DNA of 64,000 nucleotides from Vicugna vicugna (lineage: Eukaryota), in contig MU057416.1 of the NCBI GenBank assembly GCA_013265495.1, positions 1,234,545 to 1,298,544 of the forward strand, read 5' to 3'. The notes below the pieces were generated by a model, which worked only from the letters and a program-made list of their open reading frames with translations, was not told the origin of the DNA and did no database searches. Every line of letters begins with the position of its first letter. The first letter of the stretch is position 1. This document shows, piece by piece, positions 36,851 to 49,200 of the stretch. A program made the translations under genes and the position numbers.

Positions 36851-37374
36851 GGGTGCCCAGGCGTGGGGACACACAGAGGCAGGCCGCCCAGGCGTGGGGA
36901 CACACAGATGCAGGGGCGCCCAGGCGTGGGGACACCCAGATGCAGGGGCGCCCAGGCGTGGGGACACACAGATGCAGGGGCGCCCAGGTGTGGGAACACA
37001 CAGATGCAGGGGCGCCCAGGCGTGGGGACACACAGAGGCAGGGTGCCCAGGCGTGGGGACACACAGAGGCAGGGGCGCCCAGGCGTGGGGACACACAGAT
37101 GCAGGGGCGCCCAGGTGTGGGGACACACAGAGGCAGGGCGACCAGGTGTGGGGACACACAGATGCAGGGGCGCCCAGGTGTGGGGACACACAGATGCAGG
37201 GGCGCCCAGGTGTGGGGACACACAGAGGCAGGGTGCCCGGGTGTGGGGACACACAGATGCAGGGGTGCCCGGGTGTGGGGACACACAGATGCAGGGGCGC
37301 CCAGGCGTGGGGACACACAGAGGCAGGGTGCCCAGGTGTGGGGACACACAGATGCAGGGTGCCCAGGTGTGGGG
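36851..37374. repeat. GC-rich minisatellite (VNTR), ~16.5 copies of a 31-32-bp unit
   Basis: Unit GGGGCGCCCAGG(C/T)GTGGGGACACACAGA(T/G)GCA counted directly. Confidence 0.97.
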
Positions 37375-37984
37375 CTAAAGTGGAAAGGAAGTGTGCAATT
37401 GTGAAAAACCTCAACACCGGTTTTCAGAGGTTTGAAATTCTTACATTTTACACTAAAAACAGTTACTTTTATCATCTGTTTTGCTTTTAGATGATCAGGT
37501 AAAAACAAAGTTTCATGGTACTCTTTGCAAATGCTCTCATATTGCCCGCGTGGGCCGTTCTAATTCTCCGTAAGTGAAGCGCTAAGGGGGACATAAGCAT
37601 CACTGTATTTCCCTCCTCGCACTGGCTTTTCAGAACTCGCGGCAACTTCTCGTGTGTTTTAGAACCCAGACCAGAAGAGTACAGCCTGCAGATCTGATAA
37701 AGACAACTTTAGGAAAACTGGCAGAATTACTACAATTTCGGGGCTTCGTAATAACTTCTTTTCCCCAAATTCAGTGCTTCTTAGGCTCCCTCCTTAAAAA
37801 AGTCTGCTGTGGGCATAAAGCAACAAACAGGCCCACAAACCAGGCCCGCGGTGGCTCTGGCGTTCAGCTCTGGGGTGACAGACGGGCGAGCAAGGGCCGG
37901 GCTGGCAGCCCCAACCCCAGTCCTTACACACCTGACCCAGGGGGCTCCTTCTCCCGCTGCTCCATGTCAAGGGGAAATTGTTTG

Positions 37985-38240
37985 CTTGTTTGCTTGTTTG
38001 CTTTATTGAGGTACAGTCAGTTACAATGTGTCGGTTTCTGGTGTGCAGCACAGCGTCCCAGGCATCCATATATATAACATGTATTCCTTTTCATATTCTT
38101 TTTCATTATAGGTTACTACAGGACATTGAATATAGTTTCCTGTGCGCTACAGAAGAAATTTGTCTTTTATCTATTTTATATATAGTCATTAATATTTGCA
38201 AATCTTGAATTCCCAGTTTATCACGTCCCACACTCTTTCT
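37985..38240 (-). mobile_element. L1 3' end fragment
   Basis: TTTATTGAGGTACAGTCAGTTACAATGTG...TTCATTATAGGTTACTACAGGACATTGAATATAGTTTCCTGTGC. Confidence 0.8.
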
Positions 38241-39299
38241 CCCTGGAAATTTTTTAAAAATTATTTTCTGTATCGATGTTGTAAAGATGTCTTTCCCACT
38301 TCTAAGGCTGTCAGCTACAAAGGAGAGTTTAGCATCCCAGGAAATGCACCTCCAGTGGGAAACGCCCCTCTCTTCATGTTACCAGCTGCCTGGTACCCAC
38401 AGTGCACAGGAGCAAAAGCCACGGAAGCCAGGCCTAGGGCCCCTCCCGATGCCGGCTGCTCATGGGCCAGGGAGGAGCGGGAAGCGCCTGAGTTTAAGTT
38501 CAGAGCCAGGAGACTCCAGCTCCATCTCCCACTCCTGACTTCATTTATCACACGACTTTCTTCTTCTGAGTAAAGCCCTGGGGGTTGGAAAAGGCTCTAT
38601 TCCCTTAAACAAACTCTTCGATGTCACCGTGGTGTCCGTACAGATAACAATGACAGAAATGATCGTACCTACAGTGGGGGACTTGCAGGCAACCTTGCAA
38701 TAACTCCACATTCCCCCAGGGGTCTGTGGGACAACAGGTTGGTGATGACATCTGAAAAATGGATGGACAGCAAAGACTCCAGGCAGTCCTCCGTAAATCC
38801 TGCTTCTCTCCGCAGAGCCTGCAGAGGGGTTGATGGCAGGGAGCTTGGGGCTGCGTGTCCTGGATCGCAGCTACTCCAGGTGGCCAGCGAGAAGCACAGC
38901 GGCTCTCAGAAGAGCCTTGGCTGAGCGTGTGTGTCCGTGTTCAACTTGTAAAATATTCTGGAAAATAATTCTGAACAATGAAGCACACCGTCGTCACAGA
39001 CACGGCTCCTTCTGCCTATCAGCTTCGTTAATCAGCGGAAATAACCTCCCATGCCCAGCCTGCTGGAAGGCGTGGCCCACCGCTCACACGCCGCTTTGAA
39101 AATCAAGCGCACAAGCAGCGATGCGGGACGTGCGCGCCCGTGTGCTGTGAAGGAGTCACAGGTGGGATTCCGCAGGGTTCAGCCCTGGACGTTCAAACCA
39201 ATCGCTTCACAAGCAAGGGCAATATTTCGCCATGCTACTGGTAAAGGCACTGATTTTTTAAAAAATTGTTCCTTTGGTGGCCAAGAAAGCGAGTTTCCA

Positions 39300-39600
39300 G
39301 AGGCGCCCAGTCTGCACCGACAGCCCCCCTCCCCCCCGGGCGCCCGGCCTCGCCCGCGCCCAGCGGCCCCCCGCCCCGCCCCGCCAGACACCACCTTCTG
39401 TGCAAAGTGGCAGAGGTGCGCCATGGGCTGCGCCCTGCCTTGCTGAGTCACGGGCGGAAGGCCGGGAAGGCCGGGGGGAGGGGTTCTGTCGAACGCGAGG
39501 GCGGTCACCCAGAAGCTGGGCCTCTCAAGGCCCCTCACACTCCCAGATGACGGGTCGGGCAACTGGAAGCTCAACGACGTGATTCGGCGTCTGAGAGATG
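39300..39600. promoter_or_regulatory. CpG-rich enhancer/promoter-like element with GC boxes and ARE/MARE site
   Basis: CCCCGCCCCGCCCCGCC; TGCTGAGTCAC at 39441-39451 followed by GGGCGGAAG. Confidence 0.55.
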
Positions 39601-40169
39601 GAAACTCTCACCGCCTTGAGGAAGCACGGCCCTGACACCCCGACCTGCTCGCCAAGCAGCCCTGCGTCAAGCTCCCTTTAAAGAAAGGTTTCTGCTAAAC
39701 GTTTCCTTTGCCTTTCTTAATTTACATCCATTATCGCAAAAGAGAGAAGCAGAAGAGGCAGCTGTCCCTGAAGAAGTAAGATTCTCAGGTAGGCCAGCAA
39801 CGCCGTGAACTCCATTTTCAATTCCGTGATTGGGCGGGGGAGCACGGTGCGTCCACGGTGATTTTAAAATGCGAATCTGAACACAGCTCATCTTCCCCAG
39901 ATTGAACACGCGTAGCAGAGATCCTTCCCTCGTGATCACACGAAAAATTAAATAAAGGGATGGTAGTGAAGTCATATAATAAGTCATATAATGTTACGTG
40001 AAAGTTGTGATAAAGATACTCGTTGTAATCTCTAAAGCAACCACCCCCCCCCACACACACAATGACGTACAGGTAAAATCAACAGAGGAGATCAAATGGA
40101 ATACCTAAAAATATTCAATTTACCCAGAAGACGGCAGGAAAGGATGAGGAACAGACCGAAGAACCGTTG

Positions 40170-40283
40170 GGTGGGAGGGTGTAGCCCAGTGGTAGAGCGC
40201 GTGCCTGGCGTGCACAAGGTCCAATCCCCCATAACTTTGTTAAAAAATAAATAAAAATAAACCGAATTTCCTTCCCCCACCCC
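40170..40283 (+). mobile_element. Degenerate Vic-1-like SINE
   Basis: GGGAGGGTGTAGCCCAGTGGTAGAGCGCGTGCC...; B box partly deleted; A-rich tail. Confidence 0.8.
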
Positions 40284-41389
40284 ACTGGGACTGAGACAAA
40301 ACAAAGATGGTAGGTATGAATCCAGCCATATCAAAGCTCCATTTAAAGTGATGGAAGGAAATCTGTGGATTGTAAACTGACTATACTTCAATTAAAAAAA
40401 AAGTAAAAAAAAAAATTGTGGAGAAGGTATAAATAATGCTGACACTGCCCACCATTGCACAGTTTTTATTGGAAACAGACTATGTTCATGTACTTTAATG
40501 TGTGTTTGTCTCGGTTTCACATGTGTTAAGTGGTGTTTGGCCCCACCAGCAAAGCCCCTCTTTGGAGACCGACGCACGGGGGCTGCTGCCCTGGAGGTGC
40601 CCATGCATTTGCCTGATGGCTGCTGCCTCCATGGGGTGCCGGCCGCTCTGAGATGAGCACCGAACACAGCAAATGGCACATTGTGCTCATAACGCATTTT
40701 GTCCCCATACTAACCGCTATCTGGGGTCTGAGACTCTGACTTGCTGTCTAAAAATAGCAAAATTCCATACAGAAAGGTTAGGACGTTAGTCACACACACA
40801 CACATCTCCTTATGTCTGACATCAGAAAACGTTGACATGGTGTCTGCACAACCAGAGATTTAACAGAGTTTCTAGGTCTCCTGAACACAATCACATAGCA
40901 ACATTTTTATGGCAAAGCAGACGGAATTCCTGCAATAAATACTTCCCAGTCCCACACAGGCAGGAGTCTTTAAGAATTTCTGCTTTAATTACAAAGTCGA
41001 TGAGTTACGGTCAACACTCCTGGACTCCCCCGTCCCAGCCTCCAGCACCAGGTGCCACCACTGCATACACAAGTGACCACCCTCCCAGCTCCTTCCCGTC
41101 TGGAAGGGACAGGCGACGTCCAAATTGGATTGTGCAAATGAACGTCCTTAAAGTGCACATTTTTGTAGAGGGGGGCATTTGGCTAGAAAGGTTCTAGCTG
41201 ACAAGTTATTTAACCCTGATTAAATAAGAGATCTTTTCTTAATCTTTCAGCGATCTCACAATGGATTTCCTTCTAAGGGTTGTGACAAGATGTGGGCCAT
41301 ACTGAGCATCAACCAGAACCACAGCTTTGAAAAGAAACAGGATTTCAGGGTGAGGATTTAGCACGAGGGTGCTCTCCCCCACCACACCC

Positions 41390-41845
41390 CCTCATGTAGC
41401 CCTCTGACCCAAGCCACCACCATCTTGCACCTGGATTCTCGTGATAATCCCCTAGCAGATTCCCATACACTCCCACCTCAGGACCTTTGCACAGGCTCTT
41501 GCCCAGATACCCACAGGGATCACGCCCTCCCCACTCAGAGGTCTACCCTAAAACTTTCTTAAAATTGCAAACCAGCCCTCCACTCAAGGACCCCAAACCT
41601 TCTTACCCTGATCTGTTTTCCTTTCCACACAGTGGTTATCACCTACTGATGGCCGAGAATGCTACTATCTACCCTCTTACATAATTTTACATAAATGCAG
41701 AATTTATTTACATCTGTACCTTGTTTTCTGTGCTCCTTCACTAGATGGTAAGACCCACAAGAACAAAGATTTTCATCTATTTTGCTTCCAGTGCCTAAAA
41801 TGTGCTCACATTCAATAAATATGCATTGAGTTTCTGAACGAATAA
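41390..41845 (+). mobile_element. L2 3' fragment
   Basis: CCAAGCCACCACCATCTTGCACCTGGA...CTCAGGACCTTTGCACAGGCT...CATTCAATAAATATG. Confidence 0.6.
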
Positions 41846-41984
41846 GCAAGAGGGTGTATTTTCACCGGGGCTCAGGCATAAAGAACCCTAAGCACCAGGA
41901 TGCGTTTAGATTTGATCCTGAGGGCAAGAAAAATGATGGAAAAGGTGGGTTAAAATAACCTCCAACAGAGAAAAGCTCACGACA

Positions 41985-43025
41985 CTGGATTTGGCAACGA
42001 TTTCTGACTATGACACCAGATGCACAGACAACAAATGAAAAACTAGGTGAATCAGACAAAAGCAAAACTTAGCACCTGTGAGTCGAAGGACGCTGTCAAC
42101 AGAATGAAAAGGCAACCCGTGGAATGGAAGGAAATACTTACAAAACAGACCTCTGACAATGGATTGATACCCAGAATATATAAAGAACTCCTACAACTCA
42201 TCAGTAAAAAGAAAAAGCCAATTTAAAAATGGGCAAAGAACTTGAACGGCCATTTCTCCAAAGAAAATACATCAATAGCCAACAAGCACATGAAAAAACG
42301 CTCACCACCACTAACCATTAGGGAAATGCAAATCCAAGCCCAAATAAGATACCACCGCACACCCATTAGGATGGCTACTATTCGAAAACAAAACAAAGCA
42401 GAGAACAGCCAGTGTTGGCACGGATGTGGAGAAACCGGAACCTCTGTGCGCTGCTGGCAGGAATGTAAAACGGCGCAGGCACTGGGAGAACAGCGTGGTG
42501 TTTCCTCAAAACCTTACACACAGGATGACCTCACCACCCAGGAAGCCCACTCCCGGGCACTGACTCAGGACCGGAAGGCAGGGACTCGAGCAGACGTTTG
42601 TGCACCACGTTCACAGTGGCCTTATTCACAGCGGCCAAGAGGTACAGACAACCCCGGGTCCGTTAACAGACGCAGGAACAAACCAGCCGTGGTCTGTGCA
42701 CACCACAGAACATTGTGCGGCCCTAAAGGGAATGAAATTTGGACACAGTGCTCCACCGTGGGTGAACCCTGAAGACATTATTCTAAGCAAATAAGCCATC
42801 ACAAAGGACAAACATGGTATGCCTCTGCTGCATAAAGCCCCTGGAGTGCTCAGATTCACAGAGACAGGGAGCAGAAGGTGGTGGGGGCTGGGGGCTGGGG
42901 AGGGGGTTGTTTATTGGCCACAGAGTTTTAGTTGGGAAGATGGAGAAAGTTCTCTGGGGGATGATGGCTGGTCACACGACAGTGTGAACGCATTTAATGC
43001 CGCTGACCGCACACTAAAACACGGT
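41985..43025 (+). mobile_element. L1 (L1MB-like) ORF2 C-terminal region plus 3'UTR, degraded
   Basis: Translation NGHFSKENTSIANKHMKKRS..LTIREMQIQAQIRYH..PIRMA is L1 ORF2; continues into GAAGACATTATTCTAAGCAAATAAGCCA and 3'UTR. Confidence 0.88.
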
Positions 43026-43031
43026 CAGAGC

Positions 43032-43132
43032 TGGGGAGGGTGTAGCTCAGCGTTGGAGCACGGGCCCAGCACACACGAGGTCCTGGGTTCCATCCCCAGC
43101 ACCTCCACTGAAGTTTAAAAAAGGAAAGAAAG
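43032..43132 (+). mobile_element. Vic-1-like SINE
   Basis: GGGGAGGGTGTAGCTCAGCGTTGGAGCAC...GAGGTCCTGGGTTCCATCCCCAGCACCTCC. Confidence 0.85.
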
Positions 43133-44958
43133 ACCCAGGTGGGTGGGACAAGAAGCCACCTTAACCCACCATCCCTCAAAACCTCGGTCTGGGATGGGGT
43201 CCTCAGAGAGCCCAGGGTTCTATCCGACTCCAGCAGCCACTCCCCCAAAGCCAGCAGAAGGGGTGGGAGCTGGCGGGCCGGCCACGTCCTGACACCACTC
43301 CCAGTTTTCTGCACGTGGTCCTGGAAGCTTACGCGCCACGTCACTTAGGTCTGCACTCCCTGGATCGTGAAATCACCCTTCTCTCCTCAGGGTCTCCTCT
43401 CCGGCCTGGCCGTGCCATTGACACCCCCTTACAGCTCTGTGCCTCTTGGAGCCTGGGGTTCCCCCATCAGAGGACCCCAGAGCAGAACCCCACGTCCTCT
43501 CACCCAGACTGGGCTCGCTCACCTCCCCGCCGGCCTTGAACCCTTCCTTCCCTCAGTTAGGGATTCGTCGTGGTACCAGGCCAGGGCTCCACTGGTGCTC
43601 ATGACCTCCCTCTAAAGCCGGATGCCTGGGTCACACGTGCAGGTGCCTCGGGGGAGCCCCCAGGGTTGGGAAGACACACCGGAGCCCAGCCTCTTCGTGG
43701 ATGTGGAGGAACTCAGATCCTTCCTGGGTCCCACTGGAAACCGTCAGGGCTGCCTGATGGCCGGGCGCCCTTGAGTTCTGTTAGGAAGGTCTGGGGTCCT
43801 CCCTGCCCCCACCACAGCCAGATGAACGCACTGTGGAGGGGGAGGTCAGCACTGGGGCCTCCTCGCTGGCCTCTCAGAACCCCAACTCCAGCACCCCACC
43901 CTACCCCTCTGGCAGCTATCCTGGCCCCATCCGGGTAATGGCCACGCTCTCCTATCCAGCAGCATTCTGTTGATACCAAACAGCGCTGTGGCCCAACTGG
44001 ATTGTAAAAAAAATTTTTTTTAACCCAAGGGAAAGATTTGTAGTCCCTAAACATGTTTGCTTCCGTCTGCTAGGAACACGGGCAGAGCCAGAGCCCCCAC
44101 CCCAGCAACATCGACAGGAGCAAACGCTGCTCCTGGGCTATTTGCCTGTTACTGGATTTCGCCCTGAAACAAAGTATTTATTCAGGTTATAAACCCTTAA
44201 AAAAAATCCCTAATGGAAATGCTAACAGCTCGTTAACTATGATGAGCGCTTCGCACAGGACGCGTTCCCGCAGAGGGACGGCGCCTGTGTTCACGCGGGA
44301 GGGGCTCGGGGCCAGCACCTCACGTCCGGACCCACCCGCTCCCGGCTCCCAGATCGGGCCTGGCAAGCCCACCTGCCCACACGACCCACCTGGACCTGGA
44401 GAGGGTGCAACGCCCCTGGGCGACGGCCGACAGGAGGGCCAGCAGTGGGCCTGTGGTCCCCGCACACTGCTCGCCGCCGAGCGGACTTCTGGAGACGGTT
44501 TTCCTGCAGGAAACTACTTAACCATTGGGGCAGGATTCTCAAAGGAGAAGCACGGTCAGCTGTTCAAAGGATGCCAGTCTAAAAATGAAAAAAACAAAGC
44601 AAAGAAACTTTTTAAGATGCCAGCTTGCGGACATAGGGGAACCTGCTAAAAGCCATAAAAAAGACAAGGCAGTCTTGCAGACCGTGGGTTCACTTCAGTT
44701 CCAGAAGTTCAAAGCCACTATTTAAGGGAACTGTTAACTGCTAGCATGCTCCCAGAGGGATCCCCCGGGTGGCTTTCAAGAGCAAGCGCACTGAGGGGCT
44801 GGCCGGCCCGCCCCCACGATCACTCAGGAGAGTATGCTAGACCGCGTGCCTCCACGTCGCGTCTGGGAGTCCCCGTTCCAGCAGCGCAGACCACACCTGG
44901 GGGGCCTGACCCCGACCCTTCCTGAACTTTAGTTTCCATGTCTCTGGGGATCTGGCCA

Positions 44959-45047
44959 ACCACAGTTACCCGTAGATTATAACCACTCTCAGCCTCGGAT
45001 CATGACCACGGTCACCCTGGGTTATGACCACCAGCACTCGGATTATG
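44959..45047. repeat. Degenerate tandem repeat, 4 copies of ~22 bp
   Basis: ACCAC-N9-11-G(A/G)T(T/C)AT(A/G) recurs four times. Confidence 0.6.
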
Positions 45048-45606
45048 CTCAGGGGAAGAGCTGATCCCAAAGCCTGGACCTGTGGTGCCACGTGTCCGCT
45101 CTACCACAGCTGCCCCTTTCATAGCTACTTGCGGGGAAAGTCATCACTTGAACTTTAACCTTGGGTGCAGGCTGCAGAGTTCATCAGACGCCTCAATTCA
45201 TGGACTGGTCCATACAGCTGCCCGCCTCCCCACCCACCCAGAGCAGCCAGCGAAGGTGCTGAACGTTTGCTTGGTTTGTTTGGACACTGGCATATTGCCG
45301 TTTGCGTCCAAATACTTCTCTTTTTGTTCAGAACCCCCTTACGCAGTATCTCCTCATGTTACAACCCAGTCCTCGTTCATTTGCTTTTCATTGTCTGCAC
45401 ACTCCAAGTGACATCAGAGCTAGGACCTCTGCGTTCTAACTTTTTATTAAACATGGAAATCATGGGGTTTTCTTCCTAGTCTTCGATGGTCTTTTTTCTT
45501 AGCTCCCTGCACCCCCAGCAGGTGATCGCTGCTAACACCACAGGCAGGGCCCCGTCACTCCACGTCTCCAGGTCATTCACTCCTTTAAACTAGTAGATAC
45601 GTATAG

Positions 45607-45830
45607 ATGTGTGTGAATGTGTGTTGTGTGTGTGTGAGTGTGTGTGGGGTGTGTGAGTGTGTTGTGTGTGTGAGTGTGGGTGTGTATGTAAGTGTGCATG
45701 AGTGTGTGAGTGTGTGTGTCTGTGTGAGTGTGTCTGTGAGTGTGTGTGGGTGTGTGAGTGAGTTGTGTGGGTGTGTGAGGGTGTGTGAATGTGTGTGTGT
45801 CTGTGTGGGGGGTGTGACTGTGTGTGTGGT
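45607..45830. repeat. Degenerate (TG)-rich simple repeat
   Basis: Read directly. Confidence 0.95.
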
Positions 45831-48398
45831 CTGGCTTAATGAAACTGGATTCATTAGTCATATCTTTGCTGCTTGCTTTTCTCACTCAGGATTAGTTCAT
45901 GGTCATCCTTCTAGGTCAGTGGATGCAGCTCTCATGCATTCCTTTTCATCACTGCATAATATTCCTTGGTAGGACCACTCGACTGTTCATTCAGCGATTC
46001 CCTTACCAAGGAGCGTGCAGGCTGGGCTCAGTGTTTACCACCACAACAAAGCTGCGTAAGGACCTGTGTACATGAACCCACACATGCTGGGGCTTATATT
46101 GCTGTAGGAGAAGGTCCTAGGAACCTGTGAGCATTTTTTCACTGATGTAATGGTATTAGGTTATATACCACACTTTCTTCCTTACTTTCTTCACCATGCG
46201 CTATCTCCATCAGATCTACCAATGTTATGATTTGCAGGCCTGATCTGTGGATTCTACCTGGTACACAGCACTCCACAGTGAGCCGTTTCCCTGCACCGGT
46301 CACCCTCTAGCTGATTTAACATCGTAGCAGCACAAGGCGTACAATTATTTTAAAATACTGAGGAACGGTTAAGGTGCTTAAAAATAGAGTGCCATATAGA
46401 AAAGAAAAGAGTATCAGCTTTTTCAAACTCTCAGCAAATTTGATTCTGGACAATCGATATGACCCAGGGCCTGGAGAGAAAGTGGAGATGACAAGGGGCA
46501 GCGGAGCCTCTTGTTTGTTGAGATCTGCTCTGTGCCAGCACTTTAGAAAAGTCTTACTTGGTGCTCAACACAAAACTTAGATGTGGCATTTCGTCCACTG
46601 ACCAGCGAGGAGACCGAGGGCTCGAGAGGCTGATGAAGTGCATCCCTCGTGCTGGGTGGTGGCGTGGCGGGGGCCGCGGTACGGATGTGGTTCGAAGCCG
46701 CATGTACCTGCTCCAGTGCCCCGGCCTCCCCTCTCCCCCTGCTGAGCTTCAGCCCAGACTGACTTCTCATTTTTCGGAAAAGGACTCACGGGTACCGTCG
46801 GGGTGGTGGCGGGAGGCGCACAGAGCATCACAAGATTTTCAAATGACAGTTTCATCCAAGGAGCCTGAGAACACTGAAAACTAGCATCCTGGACAACAAA
46901 AATGAATGGGTTTGCATTAATGTTCTAAGAAGCTTTGAAAGTCTACCAAATTTATAGAGGTTTTGTGAGAAGACGCCAGTGGTGACAGGAACAGCACGAT
47001 TAGGGGCTGAACTCAGAGTTTTCCTGGGTCAGGCAAGAGGCAGTCCTAATTCGCCAGGAGAGGACATGGAGGGGCGGTGACATGGGACGGAAATGCTGGA
47101 CACGGAGCACAGGGGAAGCGTAAAGTGAATGTGTGGATGTGAGCAGAATCCTGCTGGGGTCCTAGGACCATCCCAGGGCTCCCGCCCAGCATGGGGCTCT
47201 CTCTTCCCAAGCACGTGGGTCCGAGCTGGCCACGTGCTGCGGTCCCCGTGTGTAAGGAACACAGACACCCTCGGTTGCAGTCCACCAGGATGCCCGGCCA
47301 TGGACACAGAAAAGCCCTGAAGGAGAGGATGAAATGGTCACACAGCAGGCTGGGCAGGAGAGGAGGGCTAAGTGTTCGCATAATTTTCTCTCCCGGGATC
47401 CACAGTTGGAACAGAGGTGCTGAGATCACTAGATTTTTAAGAGAACCGGGACCCAGCACCTGCTGGGCTCAGACCGCTGTGCTGAGACCCAGCCCAGAGA
47501 TGCACGTGCCCAGACGCACAGGGCACTGCCAGCTCCCTCACTCCACCAGGCAGGCCACCCATCCAGCTCAGGTTCCTAAGGAGGAGGAGCTGGGGGGAGA
47601 GACAGGGGAGCCCTAAGGCTGCAGGGTCACAAGAAATGCAAACCCTCCGACAAACAGAGAACCTCCAACTTGAAGAGCTCGCAGCCCCGGGAAAGAGCAG
47701 GACAAGCGGTGCGAGGCGGGCGGACGCGAGCTGCTCAGCGAGCTGAACACGGAAGAGGCGGCGACCCTGACGCCCGGGCCTTGAAGGACGGGCAGGACCA
47801 CCAGCCCTCCTGCCGGCCAGCGTTCGAGCCTGCTGGGGGCGCGCGCTGGCCCAGCAGCCTTGAGTCCTGCCGGTCCTGATCACAGACGTCACACGTGTTG
47901 AAGGTGGTGCAGGGTTAGGAAAACCAGGCTCAGGGAGGTTGATCAGCTTGCACTCCGAGTCACAAGTCAGTGTCAGGACCGGAAGTGGAACCCAGGTCTT
48001 TTCCACTCCAGAAATTCTGGGTTCCCTGCGCTTCGCTACGTTCAGCAGTCTTCTGACTTTCCCACCAAAGGGGGGGGGCAAGGGGAGAGGGCTCAGAGGA
48101 AATGGCTTTATAAAGTCTCAGCAGCAGGAGGGTGCCTGGCATGGAGAACGAACTTACGGTTACCAGCGGGTGAAGGGGGTGGGAAGGGATAAACTGGGAA
48201 TTCGAACTTTGCACTCGGGAGTGACGGAAATGTTAGCTATTCTGATCGCGGTGGTGGTTTCATGGGTGTGTCCATCTATCAAAACTCATCAAATTACACA
48301 TCTGAAATACGTGTCGTTTACTGTGCAGGAATTACACCCGATAAAGGTATTTTTAAAAAATTGTTTTAAGGAAAAAAAGGTGCGTGGAGTGTGGGCGG

Positions 48399-48417
48399 CG
48401 GCCACCAGGGGGCGGTG
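48399..48417 (+). promoter_or_regulatory. CTCF motif
   Basis: CGGCCACCAGGGGGCGGTG versus consensus CCACCAGGGGGCGC. Confidence 0.6.
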
Positions 48418-49070
48418 GAGAAGAGCGGAGGCAGGACCCCGCTGGGACGGGGAGACAGGCTCAGGGAGGGCGCTTCTTTCTTGAAGGTCATGATAAGGTT
48501 GGCTTTCTTCTCCACAGGACCTAAAATGAACCGTTTTGAAGTGAACGGTCCAGTGGCATTCAGCACAGGCACAGCGCTGTGAGCCACGCCCTCCGCCCGG
48601 TTCCACATTTTCATCACCCCCGGTAACACCCGCGGCGGTCACGCAGCCACCGCGCCCTCCGCCGCGGCCCCGTCTGCACGAGCCCTGCAGCGGCCGCAGG
48701 CGGCGGGGCGTCTGGCGTCCGGCCGCTCCCCTCGGCACGCCGTGCTCGAGCTCGTGCTGTCGCTCGAGTCGCCGGCTGCCTCCTTCTCGCAGCCGAGCTG
48801 CGATGAACGGTTTCTTTACCCCGCCGGCCGCTGGTGGGCACCTGGGCGCCTCCGCCTTTTGGCCGCCGGAACAGAGCAACTGTGGACATGGTGTAGCTCC
48901 CAGGAGCCCCGAGCCGATCGGTGCTGGACAAAGACAGCAGAGGGTCACGTTACGCCGGACACCAGAAACTGACCAACACTGTAAGCCGCCTAGACTGCAA
49001 CTAAAGAAAAAACTAAGTAACTCCCACATTTAAAGCAAACAAACAAAAAGGGCGAAGGAGGCCAAGTTAC

Positions 49071-49200
49071 CGCAAGGTACCAACACCTCGTGCCAGCAAG
49101 GAGTCTGGGCAGCGGACGGAGCTGAGCGCGCTTAGGAGCAGGACCCGCAGGCTGTGCTGGGCCGCGCGGCCACGTGGCGGCGGGGAGGCTGCGGCAGGAG
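49071..49200 (-). other. Candidate alternative non-coding first exon (5' end approximate)
   Basis: Minus strand ...GGTACCTTGCG|gtaact donor inside the CpG island. Confidence 0.4.

Noticed and set aside
36851..37374. CRISPR-like array
   Set aside because: Units are contiguous with no unique spacers, there are no cas genes, and the context is eukaryotic
36676..37508. Six overlapping long ORFs (171-241 aa)
   Set aside because: Products of the stop-free minisatellite; periodic low-complexity peptides
42242..42772. 176-aa ORF
   Set aside because: Degraded L1 ORF2 with frameshifts
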